Shown here one piece after another: positions 21,643 to 35,557 of a stretch of 40,294 bases of DNA (the first letter of the stretch is position 1; every line of letters begins with the position of its first letter). The notes beneath the pieces are model-generated. The model worked only from the letters and a program-made list of their open reading frames with translations. It searched no databases and had not been told where the DNA came from. The DNA comes from Octopus bimaculoides (taxonomy: Eukaryota), in contig NC_068989.1 of assembly GCF_001194135.2 (NCBI RefSeq), forward strand, positions 39,141,213 to 39,181,506, in the 5' to 3' direction. Position numbers and translations under genes: made by a program.

Positions 21643-23244
21643 CACTGTTAATTCAATGCTAACATTTTTGAGGCATGAAATTTTAATCAACTGCTGTTAC
21701 ATTCTGAGTGAGAAGAAAAAATTCATTGTTTTAATGACTAATTTATTTCAAGGAAGGCATAGAAGATAATTGTAATTTAAATTCATCATAATCTAATACA
21801 GAATGCAGTGGAAAGTGTGTGAGTCTGATCTTCGGCAGTATATGTTACAGCCTCAGACATGTTCCTGTTGTGTGTGAGTTCATCAGCAAAGCTTAGTTTA
21901 ACTATATTGCCTTACCTTAGAATGACTAGAGGAGATATAGAATGTTTGGGAATGAAAATTGAGTGAGGGTACAATATTTTTGTTTATATATTCTGACTTT
22001 ATTTCAATAAAAATGTATGGTTGAGTATCTAGGGTTTTGGACTCACAATGATTGAGTCATTGGTTTGATAGCAGGTTTAGATGGCATGTAAAAATGTTGG
22101 TCAATGTATAGAGAAATCATAGGGAGGTGAAGATTCAATGGTCTTTTGAGGGATTGACTACCTCTCAAGAGATGGTGTCATGATGAAATGTGCCTAGTAT
22201 ACTTTAAGTTGCAAGATGTAGGAAGAACATCCAGCCACATAAATCATGTCAAAAATAGAAGGTATAGGAGACAGATCTATTTCAGAGGGCAATAAGAATT
22301 GACCCAGCTTTATTATGGTCCATTCAATCTGAATATAAAGCTGATGGTAATAATTATGATAATGATTGTAAATCGTAGATAAGTAGGTAGGTTAGCGTTT
22401 ACATACATGAGTAGTTTGGTGGTTATTTAGGTAAGTAAGCAGGTAGATAGGTATGTTGATTTTAGTCAAGATGGGTAAATGGATAGGTAGGGAGTTAGAT
22501 AAGCAGGTAGGTAAATGGATTGGTCTGTATGTACATATGTAGGTAGGCTGGTAGGTAGGTTAGTAAGTAAGTAGGCTTGATGTGAATTTGAGGGCACGTT
22601 TAAATGTAAAGCTGAATTAAACCAAAACCACACACCTTTTAAATAAATGGAATTCAAAATTATTAGCAGCATTTAAGGTGGGTCAAGAAGAGAAAGAAAT
22701 GTTCCCAAATTGAGTGTTGCTTAAAAAAAAAGCGAAATTTATTAGGATAGCATATTCTTTAAATTTTCTCACATGATATTGGTAGAAAAATATCCAAGAA
22801 CTATTAACCACCCATAAGAAATATAGAGATGCAATATTCAAAGTAAATATTTTAGGTTTATTGTAATGGTTATTGGATTAAAACTCTCTAGACCAGTGTC
22901 TGGAACAAAGCAAAGGTGAAAAAGGATTCTAAGAGAAATCATGTGTTATCCAAAAACTATATTCCACAGTAATATCCAAATTTCAGAGAAGAACTGGAGC
23001 AGGAACAGTTTAAAGTTTCAAAACTTTTATGATATTTGAACAATTCTAAGTCAGTCACAGTAAGAACATTGTAAACGAATCTAAATTCTTAAATTTTACC
23101 TGTTTGCTAGTAAGAAGCCAAATTTATTTTATTATTTAGATCCAATAAACACACATGCGCGTGTGCGCACACGCACACACACACACACACACACCTCACA
23201 ATGATGATGATGATGGTGATGATAGCAGCAGTAGCAGCAGACCA

Positions 23245-23590
23245 TAGTTAGGCTTCAATGATATGTAATCAGTATTCAATTGACTGAGGTACTAACTTGT
23301 GAAATTAACATGTACATGACTGAGTATTCCACAGACACATGTATCCTTAACACAATAATCAGGTATGATCAGTAAGACCTAAAGTATGACAAGATTGTCC
23401 ATTTGAATTACAGGTGGAATCCCTCGCTTCAGAATCTACACAGTTTGTGTCTACCCAGTTGCACTCTCAAGTTATGGGCCAGCCCAAAGCTATAAAAAAT
23501 TACATTTTCCCAAGATGGCATGCAGCAGAATTCAATCAGGGACTTCATGGATTGCAAAGCAAACTTTCTAAATATTCAGCCATACTGCTT
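23245..23590 (-). mobile_element. tRNA-type SINE (variant body), reverse orientation
   Basis: Reverse complement begins with a diverged SINE head (..GTATGGCTGAATATTTAGAAAGTTTGCTT..CTGCTGCATGCCATCTTGGG..) like the copies at 36229 and 36818. Confidence 0.6.
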
Positions 23591-23625
23591 CTGATACACC
23601 TTCCATTGCTTATAATTTATGTATG

Positions 23626-23728
<103 letters not shown>

Positions 23729-25873
23729 AAATATATATATAATTCTTAATCTTGCTAAGTAGGTAAAATGTGATTTGCTGAGAAGATCTGATAAGTTTGA
23801 AACATGTCTGTTACTTTCACCAGTTCACATTAAAGACCTGATCCACTCCACTCTGTATTGTCTATATTGTTCAAATATTTTGATTGACTGATCTTATCAA
23901 AGCTGTCAGCTTGTTTTTAGATTCTAAATACCATTTGGAAGATATAATATCTTATAATTACTTGAAGGATCTTAGCTGATCAAAAATTTTCTGTCTGACA
24001 TTACCAGACACATTTTACCACATTGTCCAAGATTTCATTAATCTGCCACAAAATATTACCATTTGTCTCAGTCTTGTCCCATCCATGATAGCTAGCATCC
24101 TGAAATTTGACTTTCCTGTCTTTCTCCCATGCCTTCCTTTATCATTATCTGTTATAGTAGCTTCCATTGCCAGAGCACATCCCTTTCCTCTTTATATTTA
24201 ACCTCTATTCGTATAAAATATTCATTCCTATGCAAAGTATGTATAATGGAAATGAAGGCTTGTGATACCTCTGGAGTATCTCCTTCTCCCATTACAATTT
24301 TTTCTGTAGTCTTAAGGATCTGGAACTCGAAGAAGAAGCTTATAAATGGAGTGCAATTCAATAGTTGTTTATTTTAGTTCTCATTCATGTGGCTTGCTCT
24401 CAGTGACCATCTTTATAGCAGTGCGTGGTTCGTTATAACTCCATTCATGTGAAGTACATTACCTCTGGAGATAACAGGTGAAGTTAGAGCAGGATAAGAA
24501 TCCGCTGTGAGCTGCCAGCTTGCAGTGTTTCTCAGCGTAAGCGAGAAGGAAGAAAAAGAGTGAATGTCTGAATTCTCCTGCTTATATAGTCATTGCTGAC
24601 AAGAGTTTCGCTGTCATCTCGTGCATGGCAAATGGTTGCAGGTGAGATCTCACTCCTGTCTCAGACATGGTCATGGCTACCGGCAAGATTTCATACAAAA
24701 TGGCGCTGGCTTCTTGTGCCTTGCTACATATGTATTGCCCTAAATGAAGCGACAAAGTGGTCACAACAGGAATATCCTTGTTCATAGGTCTACTGGTTCA
24801 GGCTTGATATAAAACTAAACATAAATGAGATTACCCACCCCATTGCTCACCATACTGAATGTATCAGTTAAATCTTCTACAATAAACTTCCTCCCATCTT
24901 ACTGCGAGGGCTATAATATCTACGACTGGAAAACGGATAAAATTTCTAAGGTTATCTTAAACGTATATATGCCTCAATGTGTCAAGTGATGGATATGTTG
25001 TTTCATTTCAAAAAGTCACAGTTATGCTACTGGATTGTTATAGAGCTACTCAACAACAGTAACAACAACAAACAGTTTTATTCAGTGATTTTATAGTTTT
25101 ATAGCAAGGAAATCAGATTTTGAATATGTCATGCAAACAAGCCAAAATGCTTTAGAGGAAGTCAGTGTGTGACAGGTTAGGTAGATTTAAAGAAAGTTCT
25201 ATTGTGATTGATTTCTTTCTGTTTAAGCTACTGTCATTTTTATTAAGCTAAGTACAAAAACACATTTTCCTGCTGAAGCAAAGCAGTAGCACTGTCTGTG
25301 ATTAAGTTTATTCAAATTTCTGGGAAGCCATTATAATTAACTTGGTTTTTTTTCATAACACTTTTGTAAATATTTCCTGCTTTCTGACAGCCTATCAAAT
25401 TATTTTCCTGCTTTACTGCCTCTACCATCAGTATTGCTACTACAACAACACCACGACCTAACACTACAACAACAATAATAACAACCATGAGTTCCACAAA
25501 CCAAAACAGATCAATTTGAAGAGCATGTCACATGCAAGAAACTTCTCAAAATTATTGTCATTAAAACTTTCCGATGAAAATACTTGACACAAATCATTCA
25601 GTAATCTCCATTGTGTGTGTGTGAATTGGTGACACTTTTGTGTGTGTGTGTATTGGTTTATTGATCTGTATGTATTTCTGCACATCAATAATGCGCCTCT
25701 TATATGTCTAGATATGCATGTGTGCTTCAGGATGTGTTTACATGCATTTTTGTAGCAAGTGCATATTTGTGTAGATATATGCAATTTTATTTATTTATTA
25801 TGAAATCTAAAACAAAAACATTGTCTGTGTGTGTGTGTGTGTGTGGTGCATGTGTGTGTGTATGTGTGTGCAT

Positions 25874-25915
<42 letters not shown>

Positions 25916-25977
25916 ATGTGTGTGCATAAGAGACACACCATATTTACAAATATAAATCAAGAATATAGTTTAAGAAC

Positions 25978-26039
<62 letters not shown>

Positions 26040-26255
26040 CATACTCGCACAGAAACATTTACACATAGATGTTTGTTAATTTATGTATGTTCACATGCTT
26101 GTGTATATATATATATTTGTAAGTGATTATGTGATTATGTGCGTTTATATCAATCCTATTCAATAAAATCTTTATCAATTTGTGCAGTTTTTATTATTTT
26201 TACTGCTTTTTTCTCTCTTGTCTATTAGTTTCGAAAACAATTCTTCTATTTCCAG

Positions 26256-26338
26256 TTATAAATGGTACATTCCATTAACTTACATAACATCGATGAAACC
26301 GAATTCTTCAGAAACAGTATGGTTAAATATGACATCAA
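26256..26338 (+). CDS. M1-family aminopeptidase internal exon, phase 2-1 (alternative in-frame start at 26229)
   Basis: Acceptor ttctatttccag, donor gtaagt, 83 nt: (N)YKWYIPLTYITSMKPNSSETVWLNMTS, matching the YxWxIPxxY..WL motif that follows the previous exon; phases agree. Confidence 0.93.
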
Positions 26339-27394
26339 GTAAGTAGCTTATCATTTTATATCAATCTATTGACTTTTTACCAGATGAAATTGGAGATAAC
26401 AAAGCTAGAGTTTTGGGAATTAGAATTTTCCTGTAACCCAAGCAATGTTTTAAAATTAAAATAAAATACATAGTAAAATAATAAAATAAATATATGTAAT
26501 AAAATCATAATTTTTAATCATTAATAAAATAACAATTTCATAATTTTTTTTATCTTTAATCTTTTATGTAACATAAAGTGGAAGTGGTATTTAAATACCA
26601 TGATTTACATCTCTTATATTGAAATTACATCATAGAAGAGCCATTTCAACGATGTAAGAACTCAGAAAAACTGTTATATAATACAGTCAACTGTATAGAA
26701 GTGTGGAAAATTTCTGTTGTCCTTGCATAATTTGGTCACTAGACATTAAACTATGCAGTGTAATTGCATCAGTGACCATGCTATAGTAGGGTAACAAATC
26801 ATTTTAGGCACTTTATAATAAAGAGTATTTTGAAAAACTTAATGTTTAGTAAAATATAAGTTTCTGTATGTTTTCAAATGGCTAAAAATATTTCTCTGCA
26901 GTCTATTATCTGTTTCAGTACAGTGTTTCAGATAGTCACTTACTAAACATATAGAGTTCTGAAGTTGTTTATATAAAATGATGAAACTGGAAAAAGTTCT
27001 TGACAAAGTCTGGACAAGGAATATTTTATGAGTTTTGGGGCTATTGCTTTCTATGACTTAAGTAGTTTCTCATTGCTTACACAAGAACCCAAGAAAATAG
27101 TCTAAGATTAGTAGGAAAATTCTCCTCCAGCTGTACAGTTAATTGCTTACATTAATTAACTGTGCATTTCTATGTGTGATTAATTTGACTTTAGAAGTGA
27201 GAGATAAATATTATTGCCAGATCAACATAACTGTCATCATCGTCATTGTTGTCATCATCCTCATCATCATCATTACTACCTTCATTACCATCATTTTACA
27301 TCTGTTTATCTATACTAGCATGAGTTAGGTGGATTACATTTCTTCTTCTGATTCTTTAAAACATACTGACACTATCCCATTTCTTTATGCAGTT

Positions 27395-28770
27395 ATTTGC
27401 ATTTTTATTGAAGCTTTTGAGCTGCTGGCCTTGGGTAGTATAGCTCCATAATATGGTCAGTTTCTCCACATTCAGAGGTAGTTGGGCCAGTTTTGTAGCC
27501 CCATCTGAATAAAGTCATTTTTGATTACCTTATTCTTGTTCTCAAGTGGTTGAATTCATGCTTCTGAGCCAAGAGGGAGGTCTTCAGCAGGTGGGATTTT
27601 CATGTCGATAGGAATCTGGGTTGTTCTCAAGATATTCTATCTAGAGCTGGAATCTGAATTCTTCTTGAGATGTAAGGGACTGGAAATGACTGAGAAAATT
27701 CAACTGAAGGGTTGTTAGGTTAGATAGCATTCATTACTAGTAGCCTTTGTCATCTTGGTTTGACAAGCCACTTCCCATCTACTATCAGCAGATTGGTGCC
27801 AGTGAGGAGATACGCTTGTATTGGTGGGTTTCGTGCATCCACTGATGAGACAGCAAGTGTTATTCAATACTAAGTCAAGTTTCTTGATATGGATCGATCT
27901 CTCCCAGCTAGGACATACTCCACAGAAATATGAGGCCATTGCAGTAGATCTTAATGTGTACAGTAATCCCTCAACTATCACGGGTGTTACTTTCCCAAAC
28001 CCCCTGTGATAGGTGAAAATCTGCGAAGTAGAAACAGTGCTGAACTGTATATTTTTTTATCATTTTTATAATTTGTATATATTTATTTTATTATAAATAC
28101 AGAACAACACCACGGAGGAATTACGACGTAAGCTTAAATAATAATCCGCGATATGGCAAGGGATTATTGTATATTGTGGCTGCCCATCTACTATTGACTA
28201 ATTTCAGTTGGATATTGTTTCAGGAACCATCATTCAGTTTGGTGTTTTAACTTGATCACTGAAGGAGGGTGTTCAGTCTGAGATTTCTCCAAGGTAAACT
28301 GAGTACAGTGCTCCAGTGGCCTTCCAGACCATTTGACGTTAAGAGGTTGGCTGGCTTCATGATTCCTAAAATGAAATGAACAGTCTGCACTGGGTTTTTG
28401 CATGGAGGTGGTTATTTTTGCAATAGAGGAGTCATGAGGTTTGCTTCTATTGCTTCCACAGAGGTTGTCAGTATAGAGAAACCACTCAGTTTTCTGATCT
28501 GTTGGCTAGTTATTAGTGTATAAATTATATAGTAGTGGTACTAGCCATTCCATTGTCATCACCAGCAGCTTCTCTTGTTGTCCAAGACAACATAGAAACA
28601 TATGGATTGCACAGCATCTCACCACTCATCACAGTACCTCGATGTCTTGTATAAATTGCAACAGAGAAATCTATCGACTTTTGTTGTGCATGCCACATCC
28701 TTTTTTAACAACACATAAGTGGCTGGATATAAACCACCAAAAGCCTTGTCTGTTAGGGTACCAGATTACT
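27395..28770 (-). mobile_element. Ingi/Vingi-like LINE 3' part, decayed, interrupted by a MITE
   Basis: Minus-strand motifs VPLLYNLYTN, LYTDNL, RNNIQLKLVNSRWAA, TLRSTAMA..CPSWERSIHIKKLDLVLNNTCCLISGCTKPT, FNHLRT..RWGYKTGPTTSECGE; AATAAA near 27405. Confidence 0.8.
27961..28169. mobile_element. Tigger/pogo-like MITE
   Basis: TIRs CAGTAATCCCTC.. / ..AAGGGATTATTG with TA TSD (27959-60, 28170-71); removing it restores the LINE frame (WAATIYTLRSTA). Confidence 0.88.
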
Positions 28771-28820
28771 GCTACATTATCACGCATGACGAAACTCACC
28801 AAACAACTTACATAAAACCA

Positions 28821-28940
<120 letters not shown>

Positions 28941-29074
28941 ATTTTAAGAGGACTTTCAAACACTGGGGATAGCAATGAAAGTAATGCCTTTGTATTTGAA
29001 ATATAATCAGAAAAACGAAAGTACAATATAATGACATAATTCTTTCTACTAAAGGCAAAATGCTTGAAATTTAG

Positions 29075-29240
29075 GTGAGTGGGGCCTAGTTGATTGCATC
29101 AACCCCAGTTATTCATTTTATCAACCCTAAAATAATGAAATGCAAAGTCAGCCTTGTTGGAGTTTGAACTCAGAGCATAAAGCAAGAAGAAATGCTTCTA
29201 AGCACTTTTTCGAATGTGATAATGATCCTCCTAGCTCACT
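29075..29240 (+). mobile_element. SINE-like repeat fragment
   Basis: Homologous to 18905-19090 (..TTTATCAACCC..AATGAAATGCAAAGTC..TTTGAACTCAGA..). Confidence 0.65.
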
Positions 29241-30959
29241 ACATTGAAAGTGTGGTATAATAGAAAAAGAAAATAGTATGGGATGAGAAATATTTTTAAA
29301 TGTTTCGATAACTTTAGGAAAAATAAAATAAAGTAAAAGAAAAAATAAATAGCAGACAGTAGCGAAATCAATAATGGCAAGTCCCTGAGGTGCAAACCAC
29401 AGTGACACAAAGCAAGACTGCTGTTAGTGCTTGCTGATATGAAACTGAAGGACATACTATGCACTAGCTGTAGATATATTAAACAAATGTCATTTTTTTC
29501 TTTAAACTTCTTTTGTAATGTAATCAGAAGAAAATGGAAATATTCAGAATCCTTGGAGGCACCCATATGACTGAAAGATTAGTTTAAGATTGTAAACTAG
29601 GTGTTACTTTTATTAAATATGTTGATATTAAGTGAAATGTAGTTTCTTACATAAGAGACATTTCTGAATTATTTTATCTTTAAACAATTCAATTTTCTTT
29701 CTGCTTACAAAAGTAAAGCTTCATATATTTCACTTAGTGATTCATAAGCCATGACATCAGCAAGTATGGGGGTGGTTGGAATTTGCTGATGAGGTCAGAA
29801 TAATACCAAAACATATCTAATTAATCTCCAGAACTTAGCAAGACTGAGACTTATGTCTACCATGAAACCTAGGTTTCCATGGCATAAAAGTGACTGAGAT
29901 TACAACTCTCTTCTCTATACCAAATGCTGGCCCACTGCAGGGAACTTGGAAGAGAAATGAAAATAGACAACAATAATAATCATGGCCAATATAATTTTTT
30001 GTCTTTACTATATATTTATTTCTTAATTAAATATTTAAAACTACTGCATTACATAAGTTAATGCTGACTTACTCAAAGACTGAAACATTGAATAGCTTCG
30101 ATTTTATCTGGACTTTGACAGACGTGTAGCAAACAGCTGAAATGCATTACTGAATCAATCAGAAAGCTTGCTTTTTTTTTATGATGATGTCATATAAAGA
30201 CTGGTTTTCATGTAATTCAGAGCTGCTGATATTCAAAGTCATCTACTAAATTTTTTAGCAGATTAGGCTATAGTTGTTTTCACAAATGCTTATGGATCAT
30301 CTTAAGTCTCTCTCTTGGATTTGCTATTAATAAAGATATTCTTTTCCTACATCCACTACATGGGATCTAGTAAATTTTAAAATTTCGATAAAATTCTTCA
30401 GCCAGGTTTGGTCTAACAACTGCCTTCAGCTATAATTAGCTTAACAATTACCTGTGATAGGTCTAGCAACTGCTTTAAGTTGTGATTGATCAAACAAATG
30501 CCTGAGAAACGTGTCTGCTTATCAACCTTTGATAATCTTTTATCTCTTAGATTATAATTTTTAGTTAGATAACACTGTTGTATATTGGTAGGTCATACTT
30601 TTATGTACATACTGTTCATTAAGTTGTTGTACCTGGGATTCATTATATATCTAATTTTGCTCCTTCTGTAGACTGACAACCAGCTGGCTGTTATGTTTAA
30701 TGAAGCATTCTTATACAAATGACATTGCAGTCCACCTCTCCCTAACCTTCAAGACTCCTTCTTTCCACACATGAAACTGAAATGTCTCTCACTAGACTTG
30801 TATGAATTTTGTGAACCAAGAACTCAATAACATCCAATAATATGATAATGCCATTCTGCTGCTTTGAACCACTTCAATATACATATCAAGAAAGCTGGCA
30901 AAAACAATTTCAAAAAATTCATAGCTAAATCCTTCACTCACTCTACTAATGTTTTACCT

Positions 30960-31280
30960 TACAATATCTGATGCCTTACTACGAAGACCACACATTATTT
31001 TGATTGCCAAGACTACATCCCAAAGGTTGGGATTTCTTTATAGATGTAGGAAATCATTCAGTTCTAACCAGAAAATACTTTAGGCTCCCAACAACTGTTA
31101 ACCCACTACAAAAGCTATGGTGAAGCTCTCAATGAACTACTGTCCCACTTCTGAAACAATACTGCTACACACATAGACATCCTAGATCATATTCAAAGAA
31201 AAAACACTCAACTGATTATCATAAAATCTTTCACAAAAGCACTCACTACGAAATAGCATGGGTTGCCAGTGTCTGGGCAA
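30960..31280 (+). mobile_element. Highly decayed CR1/L2-group RT C-terminal fragment
   Basis: IAKTTSQRLGFLYRCRK and MNYC..ILDHIQRK resemble IAK.ASxKLGFL.R and MEYC..LLDxIQRK of CR1-group LINEs. Confidence 0.55.
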
Positions 31281-32151
31281 GGCAAAAATCATGGGAAATA
31301 CATGCCATTTTTTATTTATTATTACTACTTCATTTTTCTTTTGAAATTCGTGTCCAGGCAATCACCAATGTTACTCCCACTTACACCATGCCACTGCTCA
31401 CTGCAATCTATGGAATAATTTATATTCCCAACAGATAGTATCCTTCCTTCTTCTAACCATTGACAGTGGAACCTTCCAATGTTATCTACGCAGACTTATG
31501 TATCTCAGATAGAGTTATGTATCTTGTTCACAGACAGAACATAATAACTGCAATTGTAATCCAAGAGATGTAAGGTAAATGGGGTCCAATAAGCAGAAAA
31601 CATTTCCAAGATATTGTTGAACCAATCACAGTTGTAGGATTTTGATTAAATTTTCAAATGCAAGAGAGCACTACTGAAGGATGTGGGGGAAAGAAGTCTT
31701 TATTAATAATCCAAAAGAGAGAGACCCATCCTATAATCTATATCATCTATGATCATTTGTGAAAAGAGAAAACCATAAATTTCATCAACCATGAGGTTTT
31801 GTAAATAACTTTAGATTTCAGCATCCTCGAACAAGTATGTATCTTCAATATGAAAAAAATGAAATGATGAAGCAAAATACATTGTGGCAACCAAATAAAT
31901 AATCCTGTAGATTTTGTTTGCAATTGTTTAACCATCATCATTGTTGTCATCATCAATAGCAGTATTTCAAATTGCCTTGCGTCTTTAAAAATTATATTTA
32001 TTTCAAAACTCCAATTTTGTTCCAGAATGAAAAAAAAGAAAGATTAGTTTAGTTTACTCTCTCTCTCTCTATGTGTGTGTGTGTATGTATATATGTGAGT
32101 GTGTATATGTATATATATATATGTGTGTATGTATATATATGTGTATGTATG

Positions 32152-32196
<45 letters not shown>

Positions 32197-33027
32197 ATCA
32201 TATATTAGGCAGTAAACCCCAAGAAACTTACCTTCCACATCGAAAACTTAGGAGTGCAGTCTACATTTTCCTTTATATTAATAATAATATTTTCTGTTAC
32301 TGCTGTTGTTGTTTTTACACCAAATAAATAGGATGTATAAAATATGGTGAATAAAATTATGCAAACAAATATATGAGATAAAATGCAGGAAGAATATATA
32401 ACAGCAGCAATGATTGGTAATGATGATGTTAAGAATAATAAAAATAACAATGATAATGGCACCAACAAAAACAAAAACAACAGCAATAATAATAATATAA
32501 ATGATGTAGAACTGCATAAGGAATAAATATAGGAGACAAAATATTATTAAGAAAACAAATATATAACAAAAGCAAAAATCTAATGAACAAAATTACTACG
32601 GCAATTCAAAGATATTGTTATTTTTTATAGAACTAAAATTTCAAATTGGAATAAATGTTCTGGAAATGAACTCAATTTTACATTCCTCTGAATGGAAATG
32701 GATGTTAGTGGTTTGACAACCCATTCTCTATAATGTTTGCCCCTATTACCACCAAGTAAAATTGTTACCATGAAACACTACTATGACCACTACAAAAACT
32801 GCTGTTACAACCCCCACCCCCTGCTATACCAATAACACAAGTTACCCCCCTATACCACCAACACAAGTACTACCATCTTTATCTGCAACACACACACACA
32901 CACACATATGTATATGCACACACTCATGCACGTATACATACATCCCTGCATGTCTATATATATATGAGTTTATAACTTCCAGGAAATCTGTGATGTACTA
33001 AAAATGTGGGTGCGTATATATATATAT

Positions 33028-33239
33028 NNNNNNNNNNNNNNNNNNNNNNNNNNNNNNNNNNNNNNNNNNNNNNNNNNNNNNNNNNNNNNNNNNNNNNNNN
33101 NNNNNNNNNNNNNNNNNNNNNNNNNNNNNNNNNNNNNNNNNNNNNNNNNNNNNNNNNNNNNNNNNNNNNNNNNNNNNNNNNNNNNNNNNNNNNNNNNNNN
33201 NNNNNNNNNNNNNNNNNNNNNNNNNNNNNNNNNNNNNNN
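33028..33239. other. Assembly gap (212 N) in (TA)n
   Basis: N run. Confidence 0.99.
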
Positions 33240-33940
33240 TATATATATTGATATATGTGTGTGTATATACTTTCAGTTATGCATGTTTGTGTGTGTGTGT
33301 GCATGTATGCATTTTCATATTTAATACACACAATCACATTGTTACATGAGTGAATGAGTTGATGGTAGTGTGGATGAGAGGAAGTTTTTGATTATAACTG
33401 GAGCTTATATTAAGAAACAAGCATAAAAAAAAGAAGAGAAAAGAACCCAACCAAAAAAAAAATGATCATAATAAATAAATAAAAAAAATAGAGCGATAAA
33501 ATATTATTTGAGAAATAATGATATGTCGGCAAAATCTAATATATAAAAATTTGATGAAAATAAGTAATTTTATTGCTTGCATTCATTCTATAATAACTAT
33601 CTTTGCAAATTGGACAATTTTCCTCTCTCTTTTTTTATATGAGCCCATTTCCCTCCTGTAATTCCCCCATCCCCTACTATATTTTACGATCATATTTAGA
33701 ACATATTTGTGCACACTCAGATGTGGGAAGGCCTTTTACTGCAGACTAGTCTCAGGTGAAAATTCTCATCATATTTAGTATGTATAAAAGCACAACATTG
33801 GACTATGAATGATGTCAGAAGATTGTGGGACATATGTGGTTTTGCATTGTTATTCTTTGTCTGTAATGAATACCAAATCATTCCTTCACAGCCCTGTAAG
33901 AATGGTTCTTCATATATATGTATATATATATGTATATATA

Positions 33941-34083
33941 NNNNNNNNNNNNNNNNNNNNNNNNNNNNNNNNNNNNNNNNNNNNNNNNNNNNNNNNNNNN
34001 NNNNNNNNNNNNNNNNNNNNNNNNNNNNNNNNNNNNNNNNNNNNNNNNNNNNNNNNNNNNNNNNNNNNNNNNNNNNNNNNNNN
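33941..34083. other. Assembly gap (143 N) in (TA)n
   Basis: N run. Confidence 0.99.
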
Positions 34084-34224
34084 ATAAACAATATATAAAC
34101 AATATATGAGTATATGCATATATATGTACATGTATGTACATACTTTCATCTGCATGTACATATAGATACATATCTGGGTATATGACATTGCAAAAGAACA
34201 TGGACAAAATGATAAACAAGGTAC

Positions 34225-34545
34225 AACAAACAAGCAGGCCACATAGAGAACATATCCTTCATCAGCTGCCACCATTAAAACACCGGCGTTTCGAAGAGTT
34301 AGGGCACGACGCATTGTTAAAATGGCTCTTCCCACGAACACAAATTAAATTTTTTTCATGAAGGATAGTGGCGGACGGAAAACAAGACAGGAAAACAAAA
34401 CGGTGAAATAAACAAACAAAAAGGCTGTACAACGAGACGTGGAGAAGTGTGCGTGTATTGAACGCTGTGAAGTATAAACCGGAGAGGTGAAGAAGTGCGT
34501 GCGAAGCTTGGGGAGTCCAAGACCGAAAAGAAATATATGTTTATA
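34225..34545 (-). repeat. Unclassified CpG-rich insertion between TA-rich microsatellites
   Basis: Abrupt CpG enrichment relative to the flanks; minus strand carries GAAGAG..CTCTTC-GAAACG and CTGATGA motifs. Confidence 0.4.
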
Positions 34546-35557
34546 TATATATATATATGAAGAACAGTAAACAGCACATTGCTGATGTGCACAAAGCTTT
34601 GTCAAGCAGGAAATAACTGACTAGAGGTACACAATGCAGTGTTGAATGAAACACTTGTTTGTACAGTCATATTTAGCAGGTTCATGTTCACTAAAAAATT
34701 TGTTGGCAAATAGTTACATCTTCAATAGTTTCTTCTTCATAGGAATCTGCTCCAGATTTATGAAACATGGAAAAATGGGTCTCATAACAACTACTGTTTT
34801 ATCGTCTCCTCTTCCAGTGCTATAAAACTGATAAAAACTGTTGCAAATGACTACCTTCTGTATTACCTTCAGTCATTTTTCCTTCTCAGTAGTTCCCTGT
34901 GCATTCTCTACCATAGAGCAAGGTCTACTTCTGCATACATACATTACACACATTTATATCTTTGAAACTTTGTTGAAAGCAGCAGCATCGTCTTTGTCAT
35001 TGACAAAACCCCTTGCTTATGACTGGCATAATAACATCTTAAACTAAATTGCCTGTCTGTGAAGTCAGTCCATATCTCATTTCTTTGAATAAACATCTTG
35101 TCAGACTGCTCTATAGCAGCATGCCCACTCTAATTCAAATCAGCAATAATAAACACAAACTTCGGCCATGTTTTCACTGCCCTTCTGAACACTAATGGGT
35201 TAGTTGTTATTTACTTCTAACGATACACACACACACACACATGCACACACATATGTGTGCGCACACACACACATACTTTTTTCTGCTGGTAGTTTGCCCA
35301 TCATACCGCCTAGTCTTTCATTCAAACTAAAAACTTCATGCCAAGCCTAAGACCTTAGAATGATACTTCAATGAGAACATAAACTAGTTTTTCATCAACA
35401 TCACCAAAACACAGTCACAATTGATATAAAGAAACCAATCTTGCAATACCATACCTCCGTGCTTATGAAAAACATGCAGCTAAAATTTCACAAATTGCTA
35501 TAAATACTAGGCTCATGACAATAGTTTGCTCTTTCATTTGTTTGTTAATCTTACATA

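Noticed and set aside
21218-21769. HT-, CV- and YI-rich ORFs (also at 23414, 25704, 28671, 32044, 38431)
   Set aside because: Translations of CA/TG/TA microsatellites.
29783-29815. CTGATGA-GGT..ACC-AAAAC hammerhead-like string
   Set aside because: The essential G12 is absent (AAAA), helix II is only 3 bp and there is no helix I or III; compatible with chance. CTGATGA near 7670 and 8748 likewise lacks the rest of the core.
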